DNA of 64,000 nucleotides from Seison nebaliae (Eukaryota): NCBI GenBank assembly GCA_023231475.1, contig JALJEE010000366.1, positions 1 to 64,000 of the forward strand, read 5' to 3'. Shown piece by piece: positions 11,927 to 25,301 of this stretch (position 1 is its first letter; each line of letters starts with the position of its first letter). The notes under the pieces were generated by a model. It saw only the letters and a program-made list of their open reading frames with translations, ran no database searches and was not told where the DNA came from. The position numbers and the translations under genes were made by a program.

Positions 11927-13903
11927 TCATGCGTCAAGATCTAATACCAAATAGTTTTCGTTTTTTTTAATATTCGTATCGCATAATAATTCTTCATTAT
12001 TTTCATCGACAATAGTTGGTGGATGCGTTCGACGTATTTGCAGATCGGCAGGAGCACATTTATGACTCCGCACAAATTTATATAAATCCTTAAATTTTCA
12101 CGAAATGAGAATTAAAGAATGAAATTTAAAAGAAAACTTTTGAAGAATGTTCGTCCCACAGAAAAGTTCTTCTAACTTTCATTCCATCACTAAATTTGAA
12201 TTGCAACATACCTAAATTCATAGATGTTCCACAACTTTTAGCATTTCCATTCTCATCTACAATTATTAATCCATTTTTTCTCTTCTCAATTTCTTTATCT
12301 TCCTCATCGATTTCTTTCAAATATTGTTCTTGTAATCGAACAAATTCCTTCAGAAATGAGATTTTTAGAATTAAGAAAATAAACGGAGTTTAACTTCATA
12401 TCGCCATTTTTCATCGTTTAATCGCTGTTGCTCCAATTTTTTTTTGAGTATCTTTTCTTCTTCTTTCTTTCTATCTGCGTTTATGGAATTTATAAAGTTG
12501 TCAGTTTGCTGAAAATAAAAAATATTAATATTATTATATAATTTTGTTATTGTTATCAATAATTTAATTTAACAATTTTCTTCAAATTATCACGATTAAT
12601 ACCATCTACCTGCATCTTTCTCCTCTGCTCTAAGGCCATTAACATTTCCGCACAGACCGTTGTTATTGTACGTATAAATCGATGAGGTTCAACCGAACAG
12701 TCTTTCAATTCAATAATAATAGAAGGATAATAATTTAGGAAACCTCCTATTGGAAATTGTACGAAAGTAGGTATTGAATCCATTCCCCTTTCGGCATAAA
12801 CAGCAAAAAATGGCAAAGAAGGACAGCCATTGTCTCGTAAAACTGATGAAAATTAAAATTATTGAACTAAATATTCTGAATGAACTTCTCATTCCTTCGG
12901 GCGATTTCGAATCTGCTGCCCATACCAGTACGGTGCTCACATTGAAATTATAGAAATCTTCTGAACATAAAACTCTCCTTAAAATACCAAAAGGATAAAT
13001 TGGAAAAAATATTTCATTGAAAAAGAAACTTATAGAAATCTTCCGATTTCGTATTTCCAACTTCATGAATTAGAACAGACAATAATTTGTTGCTAGATTT
13101 TGCTGCTGAACGAGCCTATCAACGAAAAAGAAATTGAAGGAAAACCATCGAAAGAAATTAACCGATTCGAACGATCCCACGTATAACGATAATCGTCGAT
13201 CAACTTGAGGTGCATCGGAAGCAAGTTGTGCAACAATTTTAGCCGAATCGCCAATAGGATCAGTGATTGGTGGTAATGGATTGTGGACAAATGTCACTGC
13301 CATTATTAAAATGAGAAAAATTATCTAATCAAAATTGACTAGAATAAAAGATATAACGAAAATATTCGAATAATTGATAAAGTTTTGAAAAGGTGAATTG
13401 GACAGGCGTAACGACTAAAGATGAAATGTAAGAGATGAGTGTGGAGAGTGTTGATCTTGGAGTAATTTCATTTCTGTTCATTTCGAATTAATTTTCACAT
13501 AAATTCTTTTGGAGGAAAATAATATATTAACGAATTATTTTCAGATGGATTATTATTATTATGGTTAAAATTATCATTATTACTGTACTCGTTAAATTCA
13601 TCACCATCATAATCTTCATCACTCTCAGTCTCGGAATCAGGCGAGATATCAACTGTAACTGCTAAATTGAGTGCTTGCTTAAATTTAAGGATGTATTTTG
13701 GAAAAAAAAAGAATTTGAATTAAACAGTAAGATTCCAATGAGATTTTCGGAGTAATCGTACACCATCTTTTCTCTCTGGGAAGATTTCCTATCAGCAAAC
13801 ATTTCATAATTTTCCGTTAAAAGTAAACTTTAACTTGAAATTTGTCAATTGCCTCTTTTTGATCTTGGGAGAAATCTTCTTGGGAATGTCCCATTTTTCT
13901 CAT
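11927..13903 (-). CDS. FAF2: FAS-associated factor 2 / UBXD8-like (UBA-UAS-UBX), multi-exon
   Basis: N-terminal DQKEAIDKFQ...LRKSHWNL (UBA-like), UAS RRVLCSEDF...VLVWAADSKSPEGMR, a coiled coil, and UBX FKFSDGMKVRRTF...DLYKFV...THPP...YLVLDLDA*. Confidence 0.8.
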
Positions 13904-14608
13904 ATCGAAAAACAGTAAATATATGTTGTTGATCGAATTATCAAATATCGCAAGAAAATTAAGAAATTCTACGAATAAAGCTTTACATTTCCATTGTGAA
14001 ATTAGATAAAAATCTTCCTACGCTCAACACTAAAACTACCTTTCCTATTACACATCATATGACACAACTGCGTCGTATTGGACGTACATATGCAATTTGA
14101 GTCCAGTACAATTGATATTTGATTCGGACTGTGATGTCTACCAAATAAAATTACTTATGAAAGATATAGTTATGAATGATAAAAATTATAATTTTATCTC
14201 ATCTCATTTAACTAAATATTTTCGCAGTTTAATAAACTCTTATAAAGTAAGCAAGATGAAATAAATACATGAATGTTGGTAATTGGGAAAAAGGAATTTT
14301 TGTGTAGTTAAAATGCAACAGTGATTTTTTCAGAATTAATATTTTAATAAATTATAAGAATGTGTAAATCTTTTACATGAGAATGTATTTAAACTTAAAA
14401 AAAAACATTCAAATTCTAGAGAAATATATTGGATCAAAGTTGAAAATTAAATTAAAATTTCGATTTAATATTTGACGGTTAGAAAAAAATTGTAAAATTT
14501 GATAAACGGAGTAGAAATTGTGTGAGTAAGAACGGAAGATAATATGAAGTAGAAGGAAATGAATTAAAAAGAATTCATTTATTGGCTTATCAGACATTTC
14601 AGGAGAAA

Positions 14609-15247
14609 ATGAGAAACATTCAAAGAATTTTTGGTGTAGCAAAGACTTATCAGAAACATTTCATCAGATTATCATCATCATCGGAAAAGTCTAATCAGAA
14701 TGTAATTAAAGAACCGACGACAGTAATCGATTATTCACCAAAAATCATCGAGATTGTTGACAATATCAGTAAATTGACTATGATCGAAGTATCACATTTG
14801 AATTTGCTATTGAAAGTTAGTTAGTTTTAAGAATATATTTTTTCCATTTTCTTTATCATAAGGAAAGATTGAATATTCCTGATTCGCCAATGCCGATGAT
14901 GATGGGTGGACAAATGCCAATGATGCAACAAGCATCCTTGCAACAAGAGAGTGAAGAGGATGAGGAACCTGAAGTAGTAAAGTCATTGTTTTCATTGAAA
15001 ATACAAAAGTTCGAAGATACGAAGAAGATCTCATTGATCAAAGCTTTGAAAGCAATTTCTGAGAACATGAATCTTGTACAAGTTTTCTTCTTAATTCACA
15101 TTATTCCCATGTGTTCATTTGATTTGATAGGCAAAGAAATATGTCGAATCATTGCCACAAACGTTCAAGGAGAATTTATCGAAAGATGAAGCAGAAGAAT
15201 TAAAGAAGAAATTGGAAGAGGCGGGAGCCGTTTGTGAATTGGAATAA
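14609..15247 (+). CDS. MRPL12: Mitochondrial ribosomal protein L7/L12; introns 14816-14862, 15082-15130
   Basis: [54 protein letters not shown]...[19 protein letters not shown]. Confidence 0.93.
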
Positions 15248-15544
15248 AATAATAAATTTTTTATTTTCTTTTGTTAATTTTGTTAAGCTACATTTTATTA
15301 TATCTATTCGTTTGCTAAACGCATGATTTTCGTACAATAATAAAGTTATGCAGATTATGTGCAGTGTGAAGAGATTTAAAATGACAATTTTGATTGAAGC
15401 TTAAAATTTGAATTTTATTATTTAATATTATTTTTATTCAAAATTTTATTTTCACTACTTTTCCCTTATTCTTTTTCATTAACTGTTTGCTGTTATTATC
15501 ATCACTTTTTAATAAAGGTGTAGAAAATAAAAATAAGTTTCAAG

Positions 15545-16546
15545 ATGTCTAACTTGGAATTTAAACAAGAAAAGATTTCACCAGATGCTCTACATTCATC
15601 TTCCTATAATTCATCGATGAGCAGAAATAGATTTGTAAAGGAAGAAAAATATATAAAGAAAGAAGAGAATTATATTCCAAAATATGAAGAAGGACAATCA
15701 TCAAAGAAAGATGATGAAGAGAAACCGAAAGAGAAACCGAATTTTAAACCATCCGGAAATTTGGCAGCGGATACAAACACGGTGAATGGAATTGTTATTA
15801 AATATAATGAACCCCAAGAAGCAATGAAACCGATAAAACGATGGCGATTATATGTGTATCGTAAGGAAGAAGAATTGCCATATTACCAAATTCACAGGAA
15901 ATCTGCATATTTCATTAGTCAATGGAGATCGTTAGCTGATATTCCAGTGGAACATCCATCCGTATCGAAACAACACGCCGTCATTCAATTTCGTTGCATG
16001 GACTACCGGCGTAAGAAGGATGGAAAGAGAAGTAAACGAATTCTGCCTTATCTCATCGATTTAGATTCGACGAATGGAACATATTTAAATGGAGAGAAGA
16101 TTGAACCTCAACGATTTTATGAATTGAGAGAATCGGATTCGATTCGATTTGCTTATTCGTCAAGAGAATTCGTTCTGCTTCATGAAAATTCGGTAAAGAA
16201 TAATGAGAATGTTGAAGTGTCATCAAAAGATAAGAAGAAAACTATTAATCGATTAGATGATTTCAATTTATTAAATGATTCGGATGAAGAGAAGAAGAGA
16301 AATATTTCGGACGATTCTGAAAAGAAGAAAAAGAAGAAGAGAAGAAAGAATTCATTTGATGAAGATGATGATCTTGTGTGTGATGAGAAGAGTGATAATG
16401 ACGATGACGAGGAAGATGATATAGGAAAGAGGAATTTCGAAAAAGATATTCCATCCCATGTATTGGAAATGTTAAATCGAGAAAAGAAATTGGAAGAACG
16501 AAGGAAAGAAATTCGTTCACTTAAGAATGAAAGTAGAAGAAAATGA
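15545..16546 (+). CDS. SNIP1: Smad nuclear-interacting protein 1 / Pml1 (FHA domain), intronless
   Basis: KEKPNFKPSGNLAADTNTVNGIVIKYNEPQEA, RWRLY, HPSVSKQHAVIQFR, PYLIDLDSTNGTYLN, SSREFVLLHE. Confidence 0.95.
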   Translation: MSNLEFKQEKISPDALHSSSYNSSMSRNRFVKEEKYIKKEENYIPKYEEGQSSKKDDEEKPKEKPNFKPSGNLAADTNTVNGIVIKYNEPQEAMKPIKRWRLYVYRKEEELPYYQIHRKSAYFISQWRSLADIPVEHPSVSKQHAVIQFRCMDYRRKKDGKRSKRILPYLIDLDSTNGTYLNGEKIEPQRFYELRESDSIRFAYSSREFVLLHENSVKNNENVEVSSKDKKKTINRLDDFNLLNDSDEEKKRNISDDSEKKKKKKRRKNSFDEDDDLVCDEKSDNDDDEEDDIGKRNFEKDIPSHVLEMLNREKKLEERRKEIRSLKNESRRK

Positions 16547-17012
16547 ATGAGCAAGTATATTTGAAAACAAAAAAGTATATTGTTTTCTTTATTTTTTACT
16601 TTCGATTTTTCTTTTCCTAGTTTACTTGAACTCACCCATATCCTGCAAGGGACACAAAATCATTTATTGTCGTAACAAAATCTTGAGATAATCGTTCGTT
16701 GATTTCCCATAAAATTTCTTCATAAATTCTCATATTTATACACTTTCTCTCTATCACCTCTTTCTCAATTCTTCAATCTTTCATCGAATTGTTCATTTAT
16801 GAGAATTTCAATTTATTTGTATTATTACCTTTTATTTGTACATACTTCCACATATCTTATCAATAGACTCATTAACGATTCTCTCTCAGGGTGAATTGGG
16901 ACACATCGAACCTTAAACTATTCCACGGGAAAAGATATTTTGAAGAGATATCTCTTCTCATACAATTATTCTCACGATATACAACAGACATAAACATATT
17001 GTTTCTTAAAAT

Positions 17013-19644
17013 ATGATGGAAGAACGACGTCAATATAAGCATAATAAGAAATGTCGATTATCGTACGACGGTTGTGTACCGGGTCCCGTACAGATCATAG
17101 ATATTACACAAGATCATAAATTTCGAGTTAAAGAAGCGGAACTGAAAGCCATTCTTGAGAATCCTCGAATTCGAACGAAGAAAGTTGCCATCATATCAAT
17201 TGCGGGTGCATTTCGAAAAGGGAAATCATTCCTCCTCGATTTCATTCTTCGATATTTAAATAATGAAGTTCTATTTGAAAATTATTGTTGTTTAATGACA
17301 ATTTTCTGATTTTAAGGGATCTGATAATTGGGTTGGAAAAGAGAGTGATCCATTAACAGGTTTCCATTGGAAAGGCGGTTCTGACCGTGATACCACGGGA
17401 ATATTAATGTGGAGTGAACCTTTCTTAGTGAAGCGTGGTTCTGAAGAAGTTTTATTTATTCTTCACGAACTAATTTCAAAACTTAAAATTCTAAAATTGT
17501 GATTAGATTGCCATTCTATTAATGGACACACAAGGAGCATTTGACAGTGAGTCGACTGTGAAAGATTGTGCAACTATTTTCGCTCTATCACTCATGATTT
17601 CATCGACTCATGTTTATAATATAATGAATAATATTCAAGAAGATGATTTGCAACATTTATCTTTATTTACTGAATATGGAAAGTTGGCAATAGAGAAAAC
17701 GAGTGAAACTCCGTTTCAAGTTTCCTTCTTATAATAACAAATCTCTTCAATTCTCAATTTGTAAAATGGTTTAGTCTTTATTGTTTCTGGTAAGAGATTG
17801 GAATTATCCTTATGAATTCAAATTCGGTTATAATGGGGGAAAACAATTGTTGGAGAAGCGATTAATGGTTAACACTTTTAATTTAAAATTAAACATTTTT
17901 CTATTTTGCTCAGATTCAAACGAATCAACATCAAGAATTGAAAGATTTAAGAAAACATTTAAGATCATGCTTCAAAAATATTAACTGCTATCTATTACCA
18001 CATCCTGGATTGACGGTCGCTACTAATCCCGATTTTGATGGGAGAATATCTGATATTCATCCGTTATTTGTCGAACAAGTTTCCGTACTAGTCCCCACAT
18101 TGTTTACAACTGAGAATTTACAAGTGAAATCGATAAACGGACAACAACTGAAACCGAGAGAATTATTAGAATACATCAAAGTTCCCATTTGATTTGAAAT
18201 GAAAGAAATTAAAGTTGCTCATCTTTTCTAGTCGTATTGCAAATTATTCGAAGCGAATGATTTACCTGAACCGAAATCTATGTTAAAAGTAAGTAGATTT
18301 GATTAATTTTCAAATTCGATTTCCTTTTCGTTTTATTCTTCGCTCAATTTTGGCTAGCTTGAAATTTCTTCATCTTAGTTCTTTTTTTATTCATTTCCTT
18401 TTACCCCGTTCCCTTCAAGTCAAAGAGATTTGCTTCTTTCTCCCCATTTGGAAAAAAGTGAATATTCATTTAATCTAAAATAATGCCATGTACAACGGAT
18501 GCGTCACTGCCATCACGTTATTGGTTGACAGATCTGTTTCTCGCCTTTGTCAATTACTTCAAAGATACGGATGAATTGATTACACCCAAGTATAATATGG
18601 TCTCCGTTCTGGATCATACGACCGGATTCGCAATCCAAACCATTTTGGGCAATAAGAAGGTCGATAGTCAGAGATCACATAGTAAACAACTTCGAGCCAC
18701 CACAGATAATTCCAGATCGAACGTAATCAATGATGATATTGAAAAATTACATGAAGAATTCTTAAGCAAAGTCCTCCATTCTTCCTTCGCCTTCAAATTT
18801 TCTTTTTCATTATTCTTTTTCTATTTTATACTTCTTATAATTCTTCTAATTTTTTTGAGCGAGAACTATCTAATTGTTTATAATGGCTATACTATTATAA
18901 TCTAATATTTTTTATGGAAATTTTTAGGCTACTGCAGAAGCAAACAATCTAGCAGCAAAGGCTATGGCTCGAGAATTCTACATGAGAGCAATGGAACAAC
19001 ATTGTGGGGGAGATAAGCCGTATATGCATCCCTCACATTTACAACGGGCACATTGTCAATTGAAGGAGAAAGCAATGTCACAATTTACACGAACGAAAAA
19101 AATGGGCGGTACATCATTGGGAAATGAATATTTTAAAGTTGAAAATTTCCATTATTATTATTTATTCTATCAATTAAATTCCATTTCTGTATTATTAGGA
19201 ATTGGAAAATGAATTAAATGAATTACTCCAGAATTATATTAAGCACAATCAATCGAAAAATGTCTTTAGCTTCTCCAGAACTGCTTATACTCTCATATTT
19301 ATGATGGCTATTAGTTACTTATTTGGATCGATTTTAGATGCTTTATTCCTCGGATGTTTTGCTGTTATGTTCACCTTCCTCTTTTGGATTTCCTTCATAT
19401 TGTTGGCCGTCTGGATCTACTGCAAATACAGTGGAGAAATGCGTGAGGTTGGAGAATATATTGATTTCGTTGCAGATATCATCTTCTCAAATGTTAATAC
19501 TTCTCTTCTCTTTCTTTTTCCAAAATGTTTACTCTCTTTTTTAAGGTCATGTTCCCATTATATTCCAATCTTGTACAAAGAACTATACAAAATATGGTGA
19601 CGGGACCATGTTGCACGAAAGAAGATGGGAAGAAGATTAATTAA
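17013..19644 (+). CDS. ATL: Atlastin GTPase, 9 exons; introns 17268-17316, 17449-17506, 17720-17774, 17868-17913, 18181-18231, 18289-18927, 19138-19198, 19493-19545
   Basis: [14 protein letters not shown]-loop, [46 protein letters not shown], and two C-terminal TM segments. Confidence 0.95.
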
Positions 19645-20132
19645 ATTGAAACAGTTGAAAGAATTTGATTAATGATTCGTCACATTAAAAAAAATTGCTG
19701 TCTTTACATGTTATAACTATATAAACGTTCATTTTTCGAAAAAAAAAACTTTTTTCTGAGATCTTTCGAGATCTTTTATTTCCCTCCTCCCTTTTTTTTC
19801 TTGAATGTCAAAACAAAACGTTCTAATGATAACTGATGTTTTTTCTGGTTTACCTATAATTCCTTATTTGACCGAAACATTTTATTATTTATCTTGCTTC
19901 CTCAATTTTATTATCATCACCTATTGAATTTATCCCCGCACAATCATTAACATTGAAGATTTATCAAAAATTTATTGAATTGAATTTTATTAAACTTTAA
20001 TGTTGATATTCCATCTAAAATTTACATTAGGGGTAAAATGATGAAATAAGAAGGGGAAAAACGGGAAAACATATCAAAAAAAATTATTCTAAATCTTTTC
20101 ACTTTTTCTTTTTATTTCAATTCTCATCATCG

Positions 20133-20957
20133 ATGTCAAAATTGATTTGTTTATTTTATTTCATTTTTGTCCTCCTCTCATTTACTCTCATCTCGAGAAA
20201 ATTAATTATTAATTCGATAATTACACCGGGTAACGATGTGAGATTGCGTTCTTTTAGAAATTTGTCTACCCAACAAATTTTTGATGATTATTTAAATCAA
20301 ATGACAAATTTAACTGTGAAACTCAGAACTCTATTAGATCGTGATACGAAGAAGGGATTCGAGTTATTGAAGAAAACTTATTTAAATTTCATAGGAATCG
20401 AAAATATTTATCATAATTTGAGAAGATCTAAACTGAAAAACAATCGAAGTTATCTTAATCTAAATATGCGATGCCATCTGTAACTACCCTTCAAAATAGC
20501 CAAACGTGATCTAGAAGGTATGAAAACAATTGATATGTCGAGAAAAATGTTCTTAAGTCGAATAGTAGAAATACGAAGTATGTTAGCCATAGCTGCTTAT
20601 CAGATTGATGATTATGGGAAAACGGTTGCAACCGCTTTTGACAATCGAGTAGCTAATTATCGTGTGGCAATTGAAAAACTGCAATATGATTTCTTACAAA
20701 ATCTCGTTGTCCCCAGAACTCAAGGAACTTTACAGTTCGATTCATTCAATTTGTTTCTATCTCGTCATAAACTGATTTTCTAATTTAGCAAAGAAATTAA
20801 TCTATTGGTAGATAATTTATACAAGTTATCTGGTAATCAATTCAAATTAGAGAAAATGTTGCAGAAAAGTCGAGACTTAAAAGTTCCATCAGGAATATCG
20901 GATGAATCTAAAAAGCCGAAAAGGGAAAATAAGAAAAAAAAGACAAAAAATATCTAG
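20133..20957 (+). CDS. Orphan secreted or signal-anchored helical protein, 3 exons (introns 20449-20499, 20735-20788)
   Basis: Hydrophobic N-terminus, and the frame stays open across two GTT-AG introns. No family recognised. Confidence 0.6.
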
Positions 20958-21114
20958 TCGTATCGAATGGGTAATCAAATAAAACTATAATACATAATTA
21001 TAAAATAAAATGTATTAGTTTTCTCGGAATAAAATTAAACTATTGAGATTAGAAGAAAAAATTTAAAATGATCAAAATATTTTTATTATCAGTTAAACAT
21101 CATTTATGAAAAAT

Positions 21115-22213
21115 TTATTCAGGATCAAAATTAGTTGATATATTAAAGGTCGTTGGGTAGTTTTGAGATGAAGTTGAAGTTGTATCATATGGTAAGGTAT
21201 TGAAAATTGTAGTAGAGTTTTTGGGAGTGGTTTCCGTCAATATTATTTTGCTGTTTGTGTTGAAATAAGGTAACGATGTGAGCGGTCTCTGTGATCCTAA
21301 TGTTTTGATTAATTTTCCTTTTTTTGTAGAATTTGTTAAAGTTGTTAAATGATTATTCGGTGTCATATATTCTTCCATCGTTTCCTCCATATGTTCTTTG
21401 ATGTTTTTCATAACTGCCTCCGCCAATTGTTTTGAAAATATTAATTGATTTTTCTTCTTTTGTTTATATCGTCGAATATAGATTCTGGTCATGGCGTTTA
21501 TTTGAAAAAGATTTTCGTACGTCTTTTGTCGCTCCTCCAATTTCTTTCGAATATACTCCTTATTCGAACTACGTTGTCGTAATTTCTTTTTATTCGTCAT
21601 ACACTTCTTATCTTGACACATTATTGGACATCGTCTATGAACATGTGGAAGAAAACAGTAATTTGATGTAATTTTCACTCCACATTGACTATCATCTTTA
21701 CAAACAAGATCGTTTTTGTTCACACATTTTTTTGGACATATTCTACTCACTTTTTCTAATTTACAGTATTTCTTGTGGACCAACGTACAATTTTCATCGT
21801 CAGTCAATTGTTTCTTTCGTTTAGAGTTCTGTCGTTGCATAACAGAATCCATTAATTTTTTTTTGTAATCCATTTCTTTCTTATGTTTTACGTATACTAA
21901 AATTTTTGAACGATCAGAATTCTTTAATAAGTAAATTAAACTTGTTAAACACGTCGGTGAACACGCTATAGAACAAAATTGTTTAAAAACTTCCACTGAA
22001 CAAAATTTTACATTCGTTGTACATAGTTTCGATTCTCTGTAACACGTTTGAATGATTTTTTCATTATTAATATTTCCTATGAAATCAATTAAGAAAATAA
22101 TAATATTAATGAAAATTTAAATTATTTTCACAATTTAGACGATAACCATTAACTAATAAGATAATATTGATCGGTATTATTAGAATAAGGAGACCTAGGT
22201 AAGAATCTTCCAT
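21115..22213 (-). CDS. Secreted protein with about three ShKT-like Cys modules and a Thr-rich tail, 2 exons
   Basis: Signal peptide MEDSYLGLLILIIPINIILLVNG. Cys patterns CYRESKLC..FC...FCSIACSPTC, C..YC...ICPKKC and CKDDSQC..YC...CPIMC..C. Confidence 0.6.
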
Positions 22214-22707
22214 TTTCACAACAGAATATATTAGAAAAGTAGAACATTTGAAAAAGTTATGAACGACTAATAATCTAATCGTAATATGATACACATACCG
22301 GTTACAAGCGAACATATAATTTTTCAACTGGTTACTCCTCATAATACCGAACGATTCCTAACTTCAACTTTTATACGTCAATACAATACACTAGTTATTC
22401 TTATTAGTTTAATAAATAACAATAAAATATTTTATGAAGCAATACTAAAGTAACAGTTCATAGCCTTTGTCAAATAATTGTCTAATAATCGAAATCAAAC
22501 AGTTTCAACTAAAAATTTTGTAAAAACTTTTTTAATTTTATTTTCGGTTAATAAATTTAGAAAATTTTAAACTTTCAGGATTTAATAATCTTCTACAGGG
22601 AATAATTCCTAAGAATGACGCTTTCTCACTTCACACTCGATTATTTTCTTCATTAGTCTGTAATCGTATTCGAAACAAATTCTGCATAGAATTTGTACAG
22701 TCAATTA

Positions 22708-22749
22708 CTAATACCTAATACCTAATACCTAATACCTAATACCTAATAC
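22708..22749. repeat. Heptamer microsatellite (CTAATAC)6, which reads (TTAGGTA)n on the minus strand
   Basis: Six perfect copies read directly. Confidence 0.9.
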
Positions 22750-23021
22750 AGAAAGCAACTCTATTACTTTCTCTGAAAACCCTGAAATTCCGGACGCTAC
22801 ACTTTAGATTGAGTTGCCCAGAGCACTCACCCATGTGAACTGCTTCTAGTGTCACCTTTTTAAACATACTCAGAGCTTTGAGATTCTATTTATTATAAAT
22901 AAAATATGAATATAGGAGAGAAACATTAAAAACTAATGAAACTATTTTTCTAGCATATTAAATACAGTTTATGTTAGTTAGATTTTTCACACATAACGGT
23001 TTGGATTGTGATTGGTGGTAT

Positions 23022-24869
23022 TTAGATGCGACCGAATTTAAATGGAGTTGATCTAGGAGTGTTAGGATCTGTTTCTAATATTTTTCTTCTTCTATTATAG
23101 TCACTGAGCAGAATAGGTTTAATTAGGGGTATGAGATTTTGCATATCTTCCCGATATGATATCTTCTCATGCCAAAAGGATTCAATAACAATCGCGCTTA
23201 GTGTATGTTCATAACGTTTACCTTCTAGTACCGTTTTTAAATCGTCGATCTTTATGACATTAGAATTCGATATATAATACCATCTAGATCCATCTAAGGA
23301 TTTTATAATCGTAAATGAATGACCTTCTTCTCTTCTGTCTTGCACGGTAAAATGAGACGAAGCAGAGTAATATCGCCGAGAATTAAAATCATCGATGGAT
23401 AATAAAGTTTCGGTTTTTGCTAATTTGTATAGCAGGTCGGTAGTTTTACCCATGAACAATATTTCTTGTTCTTCAGTTTCTACTTGGTAGTCAAGTGTGA
23501 GGAAGAGATGACTGAATTCATTTAATCTGGGAACCGTTCTCATATAAATATCATTAGGACTGTAAAGATCGTTATAACCAGCATTTAGATGTTGGATTTT
23601 TCTTTCATTAGATGATATTTGCAAATGAAAGGCATATACTTCATACGCTACATTAGATGGTATTCCGGTAAAGTTATGAAATAGTTTTTGTTCACAAGGT
23701 TGTTCATCGCACCAAAAAGATGGAGGGAGAACTTCGGGGATGTCAGTAAACGTCATCTCATGTAAAGGAATGTCTGGAAAGTTTCTATCCAATTCAGCTC
23801 TTGTTGTACCAATCTTTACTTTCGAATATATATCATCGATTATTTGCTTCATTTTAATGTGCATCTTTTTTGAGATTTGTGTTGCATAAAATGACCTGCG
23901 ATCACCAACTTCTGGTATAATGACGATTTTGGGATGACCATAATTTTCTATTATTTCCGCACATTTTTTTTCGACCCATAAAAGATCACTTAAAATTCTG
24001 TCAGTGAATAACCGTATCTTTAAAGAATTTATATATTCAGTTAAACCGTGTCCTAGATCATGTGTATCTTCATCTATATCTTTCATGTTTATACCAATAT
24101 ATAAGAGACGAGGACTTACAAGATATAAAATAGTCTCCTCATTATCAAGTACCGGTAATTTGTTAGGTCCAAAAAATTCTTGATTGGGTCCATTATCGAC
24201 ATTAACAATTGCCACTAGTTCATCTTGCGCCACATCATCTGGTCCATAAAACAAATGATGCATCATGAAAGCTAATGGATTTATAAGTTCATTAATTAAT
24301 CGATTTTTATAAAGATATTCACTTATCGAATAAATTGCCTTTTTATGTGACATACATGAACTATTAGATTTACTGTTAGATATATTTAATCCATGTTTAA
24401 ATATTCGAGCAAATTTTTTATGTTCTGTTTTATTCAGAGGAAGACTCTTGTCAGTGAACGACACAATTCTGAGGAAATGGTAGATACAATAACTCAAATC
24501 ATTTATCTGAATTCCGGATACTTCGTTCCGACATCCATATGATAAACCTAATTCGCACCTTAAATCAGTATGTTTATGTAAACCAGTTAATACCATTACT
24601 TCGTGCTTCAAATATTTATATTGAATGTTTACCGGAAGTTCGGAAAAATTGTGAGATTCAGTAGAATTTATCTTTTCCATTGTCTTACAAATATCTGCAG
24701 AATAATGATAGTTTTCACTCAACTTTTTTACCAAAGAAGGCGTAACCATTATTACTTGTAGCACAGATATCGCTTGACAGTAATAAGCACAATTTAGTAT
24801 GCTACATGGTCGTTTTGCAGGGTCCCTAACTAGTTGTTTAGTTGTTGCAAAAAATTTTGGATGACTCAT
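23022..24869 (-). CDS. Divergent USP (peptidase C19)-like deubiquitinase, intronless
   Basis: Cys-box-like ILNCAYYCQAISVLQVIMVTPSL (cf. LxNxGNTCYxNSVLQxL..TPxL) and His-box-like GHSFTIIKSLDGSRWYYISNSNV (cf. GHYxAxxK...WYxFNDSxV). Probable ATG at 24869. Confidence 0.65.
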   Translation of the reverse strand: MSHPKFFATTKQLVRDPAKRPCSILNCAYYCQAISVLQVIMVTPSLVKKLSENYHYSADICKTMEKINSTESHNFSELPVNIQYKYLKHEVMVLTGLHKHTDLRCELGLSYGCRNEVSGIQINDLSYCIYHFLRIVSFTDKSLPLNKTEHKKFARIFKHGLNISNSKSNSSCMSHKKAIYSISEYLYKNRLINELINPLAFMMHHLFYGPDDVAQDELVAIVNVDNGPNQEFFGPNKLPVLDNEETILYLVSPRLLYIGINMKDIDEDTHDLGHGLTEYINSLKIRLFTDRILSDLLWVEKKCAEIIENYGHPKIVIIPEVGDRRSFYATQISKKMHIKMKQIIDDIYSKVKIGTTRAELDRNFPDIPLHEMTFTDIPEVLPPSFWCDEQPCEQKLFHNFTGIPSNVAYEVYAFHLQISSNERKIQHLNAGYNDLYSPNDIYMRTVPRLNEFSHLFLTLDYQVETEEQEILFMGKTTDLLYKLAKTETLLSIDDFNSRRYYSASSHFTVQDRREEGHSFTIIKSLDGSRWYYISNSNVIKIDDLKTVLEGKRYEHTLSAIVIESFWHEKISYREDMQNLIPLIKPILLSDYNRRRKILETDPNTPRSTPFKFGRI

Positions 24870-25301
24870 GAAGAAAAACTGGAAAAAATTTCTATATATA
24901 TATACTATTATTAAAAAAAAGAACAACTCAACTACTGAACTTATGAAATATGATTGCTCATAACTAAATTGAAAAATATTAATCATCTAGTTCAATTTAT
25001 TTTTATTTATATGTAAAGCGATTTAGGAGTTGATCTTTATTTATATTAAAGAATAAAAATTAGAAGAAACCAGGAACGAGGGTAAACGGTGATCCACGGA
25101 AGGAGAGGTAAACTATGAATGCGTATACATTAGTTCTATGATGAATTACGAAATGAATTGCCAGAAAGGTATGAGTGTGTCTTCTTCTATGTTGGCTATC
25201 GTTTTTATAGTCGTTTACGAATGGATGTAACCTTGCGTGATTAACCGGCTGACGTCTTCAATGTTCAATCTGGCCATTAATCATTGTAAGTTACATCCTA
25301 G

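Noticed and set aside
24870..24986. N-terminal hydrophobic extension of the 654-aa ORF as a signal or TM segment
   Set aside because: It derives from T-rich, intron/UTR-like sequence with an acceptor-like AG before the ATG at 24869, so it is probably not translated.
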